32,000 nt of DNA from Nitrosotalea devaniterrae (GCA_900065925.1 LN890280.1:146451-178450), one strand, 5' to 3'. Shown: positions 16,202-23,989, counted from the stretch's first letter. Notes: generated by a model not told the origin, from the letters alone. Numbers and translations are program-made.

Positions 16202-16208
16202 TTTAAAT
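16202..16208 (+). promoter_or_regulatory. TATA-like box TTTAAAT for the SRPBCC gene
   Basis: Centred about 25 nt upstream of ATG 16230, so a leaderless transcript is likely. Confidence 0.45.
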
Positions 16209-16229
16209 CAAGTTCTAAGAAAATTGCCA

Positions 16230-16829
16230 ATGATGACCACTGTTAGTAAAACAATTGACATCAAAGAAAAAACCATGAATGTTTTTACATACTTTGCAAG
16301 ACCTGAACACATCTCTGACCAATTCGAAGAGAGAGTAGGAATGACAGTAGTTCCTATGGATGTAAAGGCCGGAATGGGAGTAGGTACAACCTTTAGAGTA
16401 ATTGGTGACTTTGATGGCAAGAGACTAGAGTGGGACTGTGAGACAACTGAATTCATTCCAGAAAAAAGAGTTGCTGCTAAAATGATAAAAGGCCCATTTA
16501 AGAAATGGGAAATTGCAGTTGATTTTGAATCACTCGGTGAAAAAGAAACTAAAGTTACCATGACAGTAAACTATGATATGCCATTTGGCCCTCTTGGTGC
16601 AATTATGGACAAGGCAAAGTTTGCTAAAATAGCAGAAAAAGGAATGGAGACTGCTCTGTACCGAGTAAGAGGCTTGTTGGAAGGCAACGGTTCAATTCCT
16701 GTATATATCACACTTGATGCGTACAGAAAACTCTTGGCAGAAAAAGAAAAGATGAATAATGCTCCAGTTTCTACTGTACTGACAAAAATACTAGAGAAAT
16801 ATTCTCAAGTAGAAGCAGTAAAAAACTAA
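16230..16829 (+). CDS. SRPBCC (START/polyketide cyclase-like) domain protein with a C-terminal ribbon-helix-helix-like extension
   Basis: I prefer ATG 16230 over the track's TTG 16224. The N-terminal ~150 aa has an SRPBCC-like beta/alpha pattern (VSKTIDIKEKTMNVFTYFARPEHI...ETKVTMTVNYDMPFGPLG...). The last ~45 aa (PVYITLDAYRKLLAEKEKMNNAPVSTVLTKILEKY) reads as a strand-helix-helix pattern. Confidence 0.55.
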   Translation: MMTTVSKTIDIKEKTMNVFTYFARPEHISDQFEERVGMTVVPMDVKAGMGVGTTFRVIGDFDGKRLEWDCETTEFIPEKRVAAKMIKGPFKKWEIAVDFESLGEKETKVTMTVNYDMPFGPLGAIMDKAKFAKIAEKGMETALYRVRGLLEGNGSIPVYITLDAYRKLLAEKEKMNNAPVSTVLTKILEKYSQVEAVKN

Positions 16830-16885
16830 AATCATTTTCTTTTTGACTCAGTTTAAATAACGAACTTGGCGTGAATTTTCTTACC

Positions 16886-16974
16886 GGGTCTATGGCTCAG
16901 CCAGGTAGAGCGAGGGACTCTTATGATCTTTCGGAGATATCCCTATGTCGTGGGTTCAAATCCCACTAGACCCG
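16886..16974 (+). tRNA. tRNA-Lys (anticodon CUU) with a 15-nt intron at the canonical 37/38 position
   Basis: Acceptor GGGTCTA/TAGACCC. D arm GCTC-AGCCAGGTA-GAGC. Anticodon stem AGGGA/TCCCT enclosing CTCTTA[TGATCTTTCGGAGAT]A. T arm GTGGG-TTCAAAT-CCCAC. Discriminator G. Length 89 nt, or 74 nt without the intron. Confidence 0.8.
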
Positions 16975-17002
16975 CTAAATTTTTAATGAAAAGATTGGTT
17001 AA

Positions 17003-17257
17003 TTATTTCTTGTAAATTTTTCCTCTATGATCCGTCTCTACTACAAAAATTATCATTTTACTTTGCTGTAGATCTAATATCACTCTGTAGTTTCCCACAC
17101 GCAGTCTATAAAATGGTGAATTGGTTAATCTCATCACTGCTCTAAATGGGTCTTCAATACAATCTAATATTGACTCATAAATTTTCTTTGCATTTTTTTT
17201 ATCTATTTTTTCTAATTGTTTAACAGATTTCTCAGACCAAATGACTTCCCAACTCAT
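17003..17257 (-). CDS. RelE/ParE-family type II toxin
   Basis: 84 aa. Its ATG directly abuts the antitoxin stop codon. The size and the pattern ...YRLRVGNYRVILDL...IIFVVETDHRGKIY are typical of the RelE/StbE fold family. Confidence 0.8.
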   Translation of the reverse strand: MSWEVIWSEKSVKQLEKIDKKNAKKIYESILDCIEDPFRAVMRLTNSPFYRLRVGNYRVILDLQQSKMIIFVVETDHRGKIYKK

Positions 17258-17491
17258 CTACTTTAGTCCTAATTTCCTTTTCACTTGATCTGATGTATAT
17301 ACACGTCCTGCCTTGATATCTGCAACACCTTCTTCAATATTTCTGATTACTTCATCACTTAGTATGTCATCTTCCTGAGTATTTTTTAACAGTCGTGCAA
17401 TTACAGTCTCATATGTTTCACTAGGATGGTTCATTTGTTTTCTGAGATCATTTTTGATCTTTTTAGAAAGTTTAATAGTGCTTTGTTCCAT
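17258..17491 (-). CDS. Type II antitoxin with probable ribbon-helix-helix N-terminal domain
   Basis: 77 aa, directly upstream of and abutting the RelE-like gene. The N-terminus (TIKLSKKIKNDLRKQMNHPSETYETVIARLL) shows a strand-helix-helix pattern. The C-terminal EGVADIKAGRVYTSDQVKRKLGL is typical of antitoxin tails. Confidence 0.7.
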   Translation of the reverse strand: MEQSTIKLSKKIKNDLRKQMNHPSETYETVIARLLKNTQEDDILSDEVIRNIEEGVADIKAGRVYTSDQVKRKLGLK

Positions 17492-17492
17492 G

Positions 17493-17532
17493 GTATACTA
17501 CAGTATACTGTGGTATAATGTAGTATAAAAAT
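17493..17532 (-). promoter_or_regulatory. Four helically phased 10-bp GTATA repeats overlapping the TA promoter (candidate operator plus TATA box)
   Basis: GTATACTACA / GTATACTGTG / GTATAATGTA / GTATAAAAAT at an exact 10-bp period, starting 2 nt upstream of the antitoxin ATG. The fourth unit read on the minus strand is ATTTTTATAC, a TATA box. AGTATACT (17502-17509) is itself palindromic. Confidence 0.55.
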
Positions 17533-17681
17533 AGATTGTCATTTAAATTAAGAATGAAAATCCATCTATATTGTAATTTGGATAAAGATATTTTTAAAAT
17601 AATTTATAATTCTTACAAAAACTTTTGAACTGGAAAAAACCGACAGATCTATAAAGAGGGTTTTGTGAGTTTTGCAAAGAC

Positions 17682-17765
17682 ATGGAAAAGTTTGAACAAT
17701 GGTGGAAAGGTTTGGTTAAAGAGCTTGAAGAAGATATTGAAACTGTAGCACTACATGTTGAATAA
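17682..17765 (+). CDS. Possible 27-aa small protein (MEKFEQWWKGLVKELEEDIETVALHVE)
   Basis: TATAAA at 17650-17655 is centred about 29 nt upstream of the ATG, the same geometry as the better-supported genes here. The peptide looks amphipathic and helical. There is no other support. Confidence 0.25.
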   Translation: MEKFEQWWKGLVKELEEDIETVALHVE

Positions 17766-17831
17766 ACTCATTAAATGCTAATCTAGAATTATATCAAAAG
17801 GTCTTTTGGCAGTTTCACACACTTTTAAGGT

Positions 17832-17990
17832 CTAGTGAATGCACTGACAGTCTACGAGTTTTGTATCAAATGTACAGTCATGTGGGCCCTCTGATTTACC
17901 CTGGGTAGGAATCTGTTTCATACAGTCATCGTGACGGCCCTTTCTACAAAACCAACAGATTGGATTGGCTGCAGGCTCATTGCATTCCAT
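17832..17990 (-). CDS. 52-aa cysteine/histidine-rich small protein (probable zinc-binding)
   Basis: My own translation, since the ORF is below the track cutoff: MECNEPAANPICWFCRKGRHDDCMKQIPTQGKSEGPHDCTFDTKLVDCQCIH, with 7 Cys and 3 His. It starts 10 nt after the stop of the upstream C2H2 ORF on the same strand. Confidence 0.5.
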   Translation of the reverse strand: MECNEPAANPICWFCRKGRHDDCMKQIPTQGKSEGPHDCTFDTKLVDCQCIH

Positions 17991-18000
17991 AGTATATCAT

Positions 18001-18198
18001 CTAAAAGATGGTTACGTCTCCAGGTGTGGGAGAATGACTGTTTGTATCATTGTGGAATTCCATAAACTCTTTGTGGGAATCTTCTTGATGTTTTCTTAGT
18101 TCTCCCAAGTTTTCAAACACATTGCTACACAGGTAGCATTTTGGCTTGTGTTGATCTACCATTGATAGTACCATCATACTTCTTACCCTGTCTGTCAT
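18001..18198 (-). CDS. 65-aa C2H2-type zinc-finger protein
   Basis: CYLCSNVFENLGELRKHQEDSH gives a C-x2-C-x12-H-x4-H spacing. It lies 18 nt downstream of ilvE on the same strand. Confidence 0.6.
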   Translation of the reverse strand: MTDRVRSMMVLSMVDQHKPKCYLCSNVFENLGELRKHQEDSHKEFMEFHNDTNSHSPTPGDVTIF

Positions 18199-18216
18199 AA
18201 TTGAATCTTTTTTGTT

Positions 18217-19131
18217 CTAAACTGGAGTAAACCACTCTGAAAAGCGTTCATCTTTTCCTCTAGATGCCTCATAGAATGCATTCTGTAGCTTGCGGGTTAT
18301 TTCTCCTAATTTGCCGTCTCCAATAGTTATGTTGTCAATCTCTGTTACTGATTTTACCTCAGCTGCAGTACCTGTCATAAAGACCTCATCTGCTACATAC
18401 AGGTCTTCTCTATCGATGTCTCTTTGAATTATAGTAAATCCTTCTGATTTTGCTATCTTGATAACACTGTCTCTTGTTATGCCATCCAAGATTCCAGAAC
18501 TAAGTGGAGGTGTCGAGATCTCATCTTTGTTTACAATAAAAATATTTTCTGCACTTCCCTCTGATACTTTACCATGGTAATTCAGCATGATTGCTTCATC
18601 ATAACCATCTCTTAGAGCCTCAACTCTAGCTAGTGCTGCATTTGCATAGTTTGATGCAGCCTTTGCTTGCATGGGCTGTGATCTAGAATCTATCCTAAGC
18701 CAACTTGATACCTTGCATCTTGCCCCACGTATTTTACCTGCACTAGACTCTCCAGTATTCCATTCCCAGCAGGCTATTGCAACTTCTACCTTGTTTGGAG
18801 TTGGTGTAAGACCCATAACCCCATGGCCGTAATATGCAATTGGTCTAATGTAGCATTCTTTGAGTTTGCTTGCCTTTACTGTCTTGATTATTCCATCTGA
18901 AATTTCTTTTTTGGTATAGGGCATTTTCATAGAGTACATTTTTGCCGACTTGAATAATCTATCCACATGTTCTGGTAGTCTGAAGATCATTGGACCTCTA
19001 GGAGTATTATAACATCTTATTCCCTCAAATATTGCAGTTGAATAATGTAATGCGTGTGTAAGGACATGCACCTTTGCATTCTTGTATGGAACAAGTTTGC
19101 CGTTCATCCAAATCTTGCCTTGCTCTTTCAT
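18217..19131 (-). CDS. ilvE: Branched-chain amino acid aminotransferase (class IV PLP enzyme)
   Basis: 304 aa. Characteristic IlvE blocks: FEGIRCY, YIRP, GYDEAIMLN, VSEGSAENIF, GITRDSV, EVFMTGTAAEV. Confidence 0.92.
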   Translation of the reverse strand: MKEQGKIWMNGKLVPYKNAKVHVLTHALHYSTAIFEGIRCYNTPRGPMIFRLPEHVDRLFKSAKMYSMKMPYTKKEISDGIIKTVKASKLKECYIRPIAYYGHGVMGLTPTPNKVEVAIACWEWNTGESSAGKIRGARCKVSSWLRIDSRSQPMQAKAASNYANAALARVEALRDGYDEAIMLNYHGKVSEGSAENIFIVNKDEISTPPLSSGILDGITRDSVIKIAKSEGFTIIQRDIDREDLYVADEVFMTGTAAEVKSVTEIDNITIGDGKLGEITRKLQNAFYEASRGKDERFSEWFTPV

Positions 19132-19233
19132 ACCAAGTGAGATTGCGTTTGGTAATTTAAAGAATTAATCAAATCTTAAACCATTGATGAGAAAATTGAC
19201 TGTCTTTAAATCAAAGAATGTCTAATTCTGGTT

Positions 19234-19440
19234 ATGTCCCAATCTATACTATCACTAGTCTCTGTTGCACTGTTTGTTATTGGTCTTGTAGGAAACGGAT
19301 TTGAGATGAGAAAGATTCGTATGGCTACAGAAGGACAACCCAACCCAAAGAACGTATTTGCAGATAAAAAAAACTTCAAATGGTATGCATTGATTGGAAT
19401 TGCCCTTGCGCTTTGGGCAGTAAACGGAATTTATACATGA
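19234..19440 (+). CDS. Small two-TM membrane protein (hypothetical)
   Basis: 68-aa ORF with two hydrophobic helices separated by a basic loop. It is divergent from ilvE. No homology is recognisable by eye. Confidence 0.4.
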   Translation: MSQSILSLVSVALFVIGLVGNGFEMRKIRMATEGQPNPKNVFADKKNFKWYALIGIALALWAVNGIYT

Positions 19441-19770
19441 TCTATATAGATCAGCTCTAAATATTTCCTGATCGTATGTATTACTAGTGCGTGTTTTGGG
19501 TAACGCCGGGCTAATTCTAGATAAAGAGGCCCAAGAATAAACCCACTTTGACATCTACAGGTATAGGCTTGTAGGTGTTCAAATGTTCAAGTTTTCTTAT
19601 ACCAAAGATAGAAATCATAGTAGATTGTCTGAAAATTAGACATGGTTGCAAGAAAGACAGGAAAACACCAACGCAAAGCAGACCAACGCGCTACTCGCAG
19701 AAAAAGAAAAAAGTAAAACAGTAGTTGTAATTTTATACAAACAAAATTATTTCACTGATATTATTTTTAG

Positions 19771-21186
19771 TTAAACAAATTTTATTTTAGATCTTTCCGC
19801 ATGTACTGCCCTTATTGCTTTCTCTATGCTGTCACCACTATCTTCAATTACTATGATGATTCTAGATGTTTCTTCTTGGGCATCCATGTTGAGTATGTTC
19901 AAGCCTGCCTCGCCTATTCTAGAACTTGCCTTTGATGCAACTTGTTGTACTCGCCACATCTCATCTCCAATCAAGGTGATGACGCCTCTGTTGTAAGTTA
20001 TGGATGCTAATGAATCAAATCCTAAAATGTATCTTTCATTGCGCTTGACATAATCTCCGTCCAGAAATAGTATTCTTGTAAATTCAATGTCATCTTTTGT
20101 AAATGGAGACAAGACTACAAATTCACTATACCTCTTATCATTATCAAGTGAATGAAATAGTCTCTCAGATGCCTCTTTTTCAATTCTTACAATAGAACAA
20201 TTTTTCTTGCCAGTAACTATTTTGAGAGGATGACCATTTTTTTCACTGGGTTTTCTTTCAATTGTTGTTATTTTTTCAGGTCTGCCCATGTCTGTAATTA
20301 TTATCGGCATCTCTACACCGTTTTCTACAATCTCTTTAATTGCAATTGGATCCAAAATCTTCATGCCAAACATTCCTGCGATTCTTGCTTCATTATATGA
20401 GAGACTAGTTATGTTTTCAAGTTCTTCTTTTACTACTCTGGGATCTGCAGATAATACTGCACTATCTTTTTCAAAATCAATTCTAGTGTGATATTTTTTG
20501 CTAAACAAAATTCCAAGGTCAGCAGCAGTCCTATCAGAGCCACCCCTCTCATATGTTGTCTCTATTCCTTCTATTGTCTTGCCAATAAAACCGCCTATTG
20601 ACAAGACATCATTTTCTTCAAGTAGTTTTTCAGTTTCACTCATTCTCTCTGATGATTCTGAGGCAAGAAAATTTGCAGATTCCAGATTATTGTCAGTGAT
20701 TATAGGCCAGGCATCAAATGAAATGACCTCTGACTTTATTCCTGAACTTTTCAATACGTAATTCATTACATTGGACATCAAGACTTCACCTGAATATGCA
20801 AGCAGTCTTGCTCTTGTTTCATTGGCAAATTCTCTTTTTTGCAAGGTTTCTGCTAAAACAATCTCTGCTTTTTCTAGAAAAGAGTTGATGATTTTGTTAC
20901 AGTCGTCTTGAAGTGTCTTGTCCACCATACTTACAATTTTTTGGTATGGTTTTCTTAGAATTTCTGTACCTAAGTTTTCTCCTTTTTCTGCTCTACGTCC
21001 AATCTCAAGTGCGATATCTGTAAGCGACCTTTGTTTTTCATTGTATATTGTAAGAGGTGCAGAAAAAACTGTAATTACTTTGGAATCTTTTTTCAATTCA
21101 TTAATCCTTTTGATTATGGAAGGTATCAGTATACCATCTACACCTACTGCACTACCGCCAAATTTTGAAATGACTAGGTTCTTCAA
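19771..21186 (-). CDS. Aspartate kinase (amino-acid kinase domain plus C-terminal ACT domains)
   Basis: N-terminal ISKFGGSAVG and VFSAP...SLTDIAL. A GGSDRTAA block is present. The C-terminus has an ACT-like segment ITLIGDEM...ASSRIGEAGLNILNMDAQEETSRIIIVIE. Confidence 0.8.
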   Translation of the reverse strand: MKNLVISKFGGSAVGVDGILIPSIIKRINELKKDSKVITVFSAPLTIYNEKQRSLTDIALEIGRRAEKGENLGTEILRKPYQKIVSMVDKTLQDDCNKIINSFLEKAEIVLAETLQKREFANETRARLLAYSGEVLMSNVMNYVLKSSGIKSEVISFDAWPIITDNNLESANFLASESSERMSETEKLLEENDVLSIGGFIGKTIEGIETTYERGGSDRTAADLGILFSKKYHTRIDFEKDSAVLSADPRVVKEELENITSLSYNEARIAGMFGMKILDPIAIKEIVENGVEMPIIITDMGRPEKITTIERKPSEKNGHPLKIVTGKKNCSIVRIEKEASERLFHSLDNDKRYSEFVVLSPFTKDDIEFTRILFLDGDYVKRNERYILGFDSLASITYNRGVITLIGDEMWRVQQVASKASSRIGEAGLNILNMDAQEETSRIIIVIEDSGDSIEKAIRAVHAERSKIKFV

Positions 21187-21309
21187 AACGTCGTTATCTC
21201 TATTCCAATCCTTCTATAAAGTATTGGATATTTTCACATTCCTTCCAAAGAATCTAAACTGCATAAATCATACGCATTACTTAAATCCAAAAAACTAGCA
21301 ACTAGATTC

Positions 21310-21468
21310 ATGTCTGCAAAATCTAATGATTTTGTCATTCAGGGTGAGCTTTTCCGAGACAAAAATACTAATCATATTCTACAATTCATTCCAGAGGTAG
21401 GTCTTGTTCATAATGAATCACTCTGTAAGGAAATCACTGGCTGCATTGATTTTCAGAAAAATAACTAG
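21310..21468 (+). CDS. Possible 52-aa small protein (hypothetical)
   Basis: MSAKSNDFVIQGELFRDKNTNHILQFIPEVGLVHNESLCKEITGCIDFQKNN. TTAAAT at 21281-21286 is centred about 27 nt upstream of the ATG. The ORF lies in an otherwise unassigned 278-bp gap. Confidence 0.3.
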   Translation: MSAKSNDFVIQGELFRDKNTNHILQFIPEVGLVHNESLCKEITGCIDFQKNN

Positions 21469-22481
21469 GCCAGGAAATTTCTTATAAGATCAGATGCTTT
21501 TTTTGCCCCGTCAAAAGGTTGAGGGTTTCTTTTTTCATTAATTTTCTCCAGTATTAGTTTATCCAGATTAAATATATTGTCATGTGTATATCCTAATTCA
21601 ATAGCGTTTTCTTCTTGTTCAAAATGACCTTTTATTGGAATGAATATTCCGGGTGTTCCATAATGCCTTGATTCATCTATGGTGGATTTTCCAGCAAGTG
21701 CAATTACCAAATCTGCTGCAAATATTACTTCATGTAAATTATTTACAAATCCAAGATTTCTAATGTTTGGATGACTCATGTCAAATGATGGACCACTCAC
21801 AATCACAAGTTCAAAATCATGGTTGATCTTTGGATATATTTCGAGAATTTTTTCAATCAAGAATTTGCCAGAATCAGTTCCACCTATGCTTACAACAATT
21901 GTTTTCTTGTGGAATGCAAATTTCTCACGTAGCTGCTCACGTGACTGTGATGTATTACGTACTATTGGACCAACTCTTACTAGATTATCTTCGTTCTTTC
22001 CATTTTCTGGCAAAATCACAAGATCGCATTTTTCAATTATGCTTTTCATTGATTTGTTCATTTGTCCTTCAATTATGGAACCAACACCTCTTGCAAAATT
22101 TGTCTTGAGTATGTCTGTCACTAAAATGGTCTTGATTCCCATATCTTGGGCAGTCACCAATGATGCAAAATCTTCATCACTTGTGACAAGTCTTGGGTGG
22201 TAGTTTTTTAGTATTTGAGATGAAATTACTTTACATTCTTTGTAATAAGAATAGTATTTGAAGAGCCATTTGAGAGGCTGTTTGAGTTTTCCATTCTCGA
22301 CTTGAAAAGCGGGGGGTCTGTATAGGTCATCTACATCAAATCCATTCTGTGAAATAAGTGATGGTGCAGAACCTCCGCTTACAAACCTCTTTGACACATT
22401 GTCAAGGCTTTGGGATATGGCAACATCACGCGTTGCATGTCCCAATCCAATGGGACTTGAGAAAAAAACTAGATCTAGCAT
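21465..22481 (-). CDS. GT-B fold glycosyltransferase, MurG/GT28-like (MJ1255-type uncharacterised family)
   Basis: 338 aa. N-terminal FSSPIGLGHATRDVAI resembles the glycine-rich/His loop of GT1/GT28 enzymes. The C-terminal half has GGTDSG ... AGKSTIDE blocks. Confidence 0.65.
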   Translation of the reverse strand: MLDLVFFSSPIGLGHATRDVAISQSLDNVSKRFVSGGSAPSLISQNGFDVDDLYRPPAFQVENGKLKQPLKWLFKYYSYYKECKVISSQILKNYHPRLVTSDEDFASLVTAQDMGIKTILVTDILKTNFARGVGSIIEGQMNKSMKSIIEKCDLVILPENGKNEDNLVRVGPIVRNTSQSREQLREKFAFHKKTIVVSIGGTDSGKFLIEKILEIYPKINHDFELVIVSGPSFDMSHPNIRNLGFVNNLHEVIFAADLVIALAGKSTIDESRHYGTPGIFIPIKGHFEQEENAIELGYTHDNIFNLDKLILEKINEKRNPQPFDGAKKASDLIRNFLA

Positions 22482-22563
22482 ATCTACGACTTGAATGTAA
22501 TTTCTCTATTTTTATTTTGAGTGATTCTCAAAGTTTAAATTCATTTTAACGTGGAGCTTGCTT

Positions 22564-22638
22564 GGGTTCATAGTCCAGGTCGGTTATGACGTCGCCCTTA
22601 CACGGCGAAGATCCAGGGTTCAAATCCCTGTGGACCCA
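22564..22638 (+). tRNA. tRNA-Val (anticodon UAC)
   Basis: Acceptor GGGTTCA/TGGACCC with one G-U pair. Anticodon arm TCGCC-CTTACAC-GGCGA. T arm CAGGG-TTCAAAT-CCCTG. Discriminator A. Length 75 nt with no intron. Confidence 0.9.
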
Positions 22639-22639
22639 C

Positions 22640-23518
22640 TTAAAACCCTCTGAGACCAACGGGTCTGCATAGTTCTGGATGGCTTTTCAAATATGAAATT
22701 TTTTGGAGCATGGATTGCTTGTCTTGAGGGAAAGTTCCACCTATTGGATAAGCATTTGATCCATGGTTTGCACGAAATACTACTTGTGTATCAGGTTCTA
22801 TTTTTGATATCAAAAGTTCAAGCTCTGTCAAGGCTTCCAAATCATCAATTGGTAGAAATGGTTCTTTGAATTTTGTCAAAAATTCGTCTCGTATACCATC
22901 TTCTAAATGTAAAGTAAGAGCTCCAACATAGTGGGGAGCAGATGCACTGAGCACCTTGGCAGTCTCCTCAATGTGGTTCCTTGAGTATGTCTTTCCACCT
23001 AGGCCTAGAATGACCATGCATGATATTGTATATCCTGCGTCTTTTGCTTTCTGACATGATCTAATGATTGTCTGGCCTGTTGCACCCTTGGTAACTTTTT
23101 TGAGAATTATATCTGAACCGCTTTCTATACCAATATAGAACATTGTAAGCCCTGCAGCATACAACTTTTTGAGATCCTCTGGAGATTTTTTCATAATGTT
23201 TTGTGGCATGGCATAACATGATATACGTTCAAAGTTTGGAAATTTCTCTCGTAGGTAGTCGAGAATTTGGATCATCCTCTCAGTTGGCAAGTTCAGTGCA
23301 TCACCGTCTGCAAGAAATATTCTAGTACTGTCGGGCATGTGCTTTGAGGCAAGATCAATTTCCATTTTGATCTCCTCCCATGGCCTTTCGGAATATTCTT
23401 TTGAGCGATACATGTTACAGTATGAGCATTTGTTAAATGAGCAACCCAACGTAACCTGAAAAATTAATGACTTGGCTTCAGACGGAGGCCTGTAAAGGGG
23501 ATAATCATAGTCTAACAT
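22640..23518 (-). CDS. Radical SAM domain protein (uncharacterised subfamily)
   Basis: 292 aa. The cluster motif GCSFNKCSYCNMY reads as C-x4-C-x2-C. Downstream are the FLADGDAL and IGIESGS blocks typical of the radical SAM TIM barrel. Confidence 0.8.
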   Translation of the reverse strand: MLDYDYPLYRPPSEAKSLIFQVTLGCSFNKCSYCNMYRSKEYSERPWEEIKMEIDLASKHMPDSTRIFLADGDALNLPTERMIQILDYLREKFPNFERISCYAMPQNIMKKSPEDLKKLYAAGLTMFYIGIESGSDIILKKVTKGATGQTIIRSCQKAKDAGYTISCMVILGLGGKTYSRNHIEETAKVLSASAPHYVGALTLHLEDGIRDEFLTKFKEPFLPIDDLEALTELELLISKIEPDTQVVFRANHGSNAYPIGGTFPQDKQSMLQKISYLKSHPELCRPVGLRGF

Positions 23519-23661
23519 ATTCTAATCTAATCAATTGTATCTTATCAGTTATTCGATCTTGTATTGTCTCAAAACTGCTTAGGTTTTTCATGATCAGTTA
23601 TCCCTATCTAAGGATGCGACAAATAAAGATCTATTAATTAACTGATGATACACGGAAATAC

Positions 23662-23964
23662 ATGCCCACAGATCCATATGCCAAACGTCTGCTTTGGTTT
23701 GTATTTATGGGCTCAAAAGGTGGATTAAACAGGATCCGTTTTATTTCTCATATACGCAATAAGCCGCTTAACGCTAACCAACTTGCAAAAGAAATGAATC
23801 TTGACTACAAGGCGATACAACACCATGTTGGAGTGCTTGAAAAAAACAATCTGATAACTCGTGTGGGTGACAAGTACGGTGCAACATTTTTCATATCTAC
23901 ATTTCTTGAGGTAAACATACAAGTCTTTGACGAAATTGTAAGCAAATTGGAAAAAAGTACATAA
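23662..23964 (+). CDS. Winged helix-turn-helix transcriptional regulator (ArsR-like)
   Basis: 100 aa. NANQLAKEMNLDYKAIQHHVGVLEKNNLITRV is a classic HTH recognition helix plus wing. Confidence 0.75.
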   Translation: MPTDPYAKRLLWFVFMGSKGGLNRIRFISHIRNKPLNANQLAKEMNLDYKAIQHHVGVLEKNNLITRVGDKYGATFFISTFLEVNIQVFDEIVSKLEKST

Positions 23965-23989
23965 GCAAAGTGGGATTAGTGTTTTTCAA

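Noticed and set aside
17493-17532. Mini CRISPR-like or satellite repeat
   Set aside because: There are only four 10-bp units with no spacers and no cas genes. Their position over a promoter fits an operator much better.
16975-17835. Integrated mobile element at tRNA-Lys
   Set aside because: I found no integrase, transposase or direct repeat of the tRNA 3' end by eye. Only a TA pair is present, so it is not annotated as a mobile element.
19255-19554. 99-aa minus-strand ORF overlapping the 68-aa membrane ORF
   Set aside because: The translation is Cys/Ser/Lys-rich without structure or motifs, and it overlaps a plausible two-TM ORF on the other strand. Neither is strongly supported, but the membrane ORF is more protein-like.
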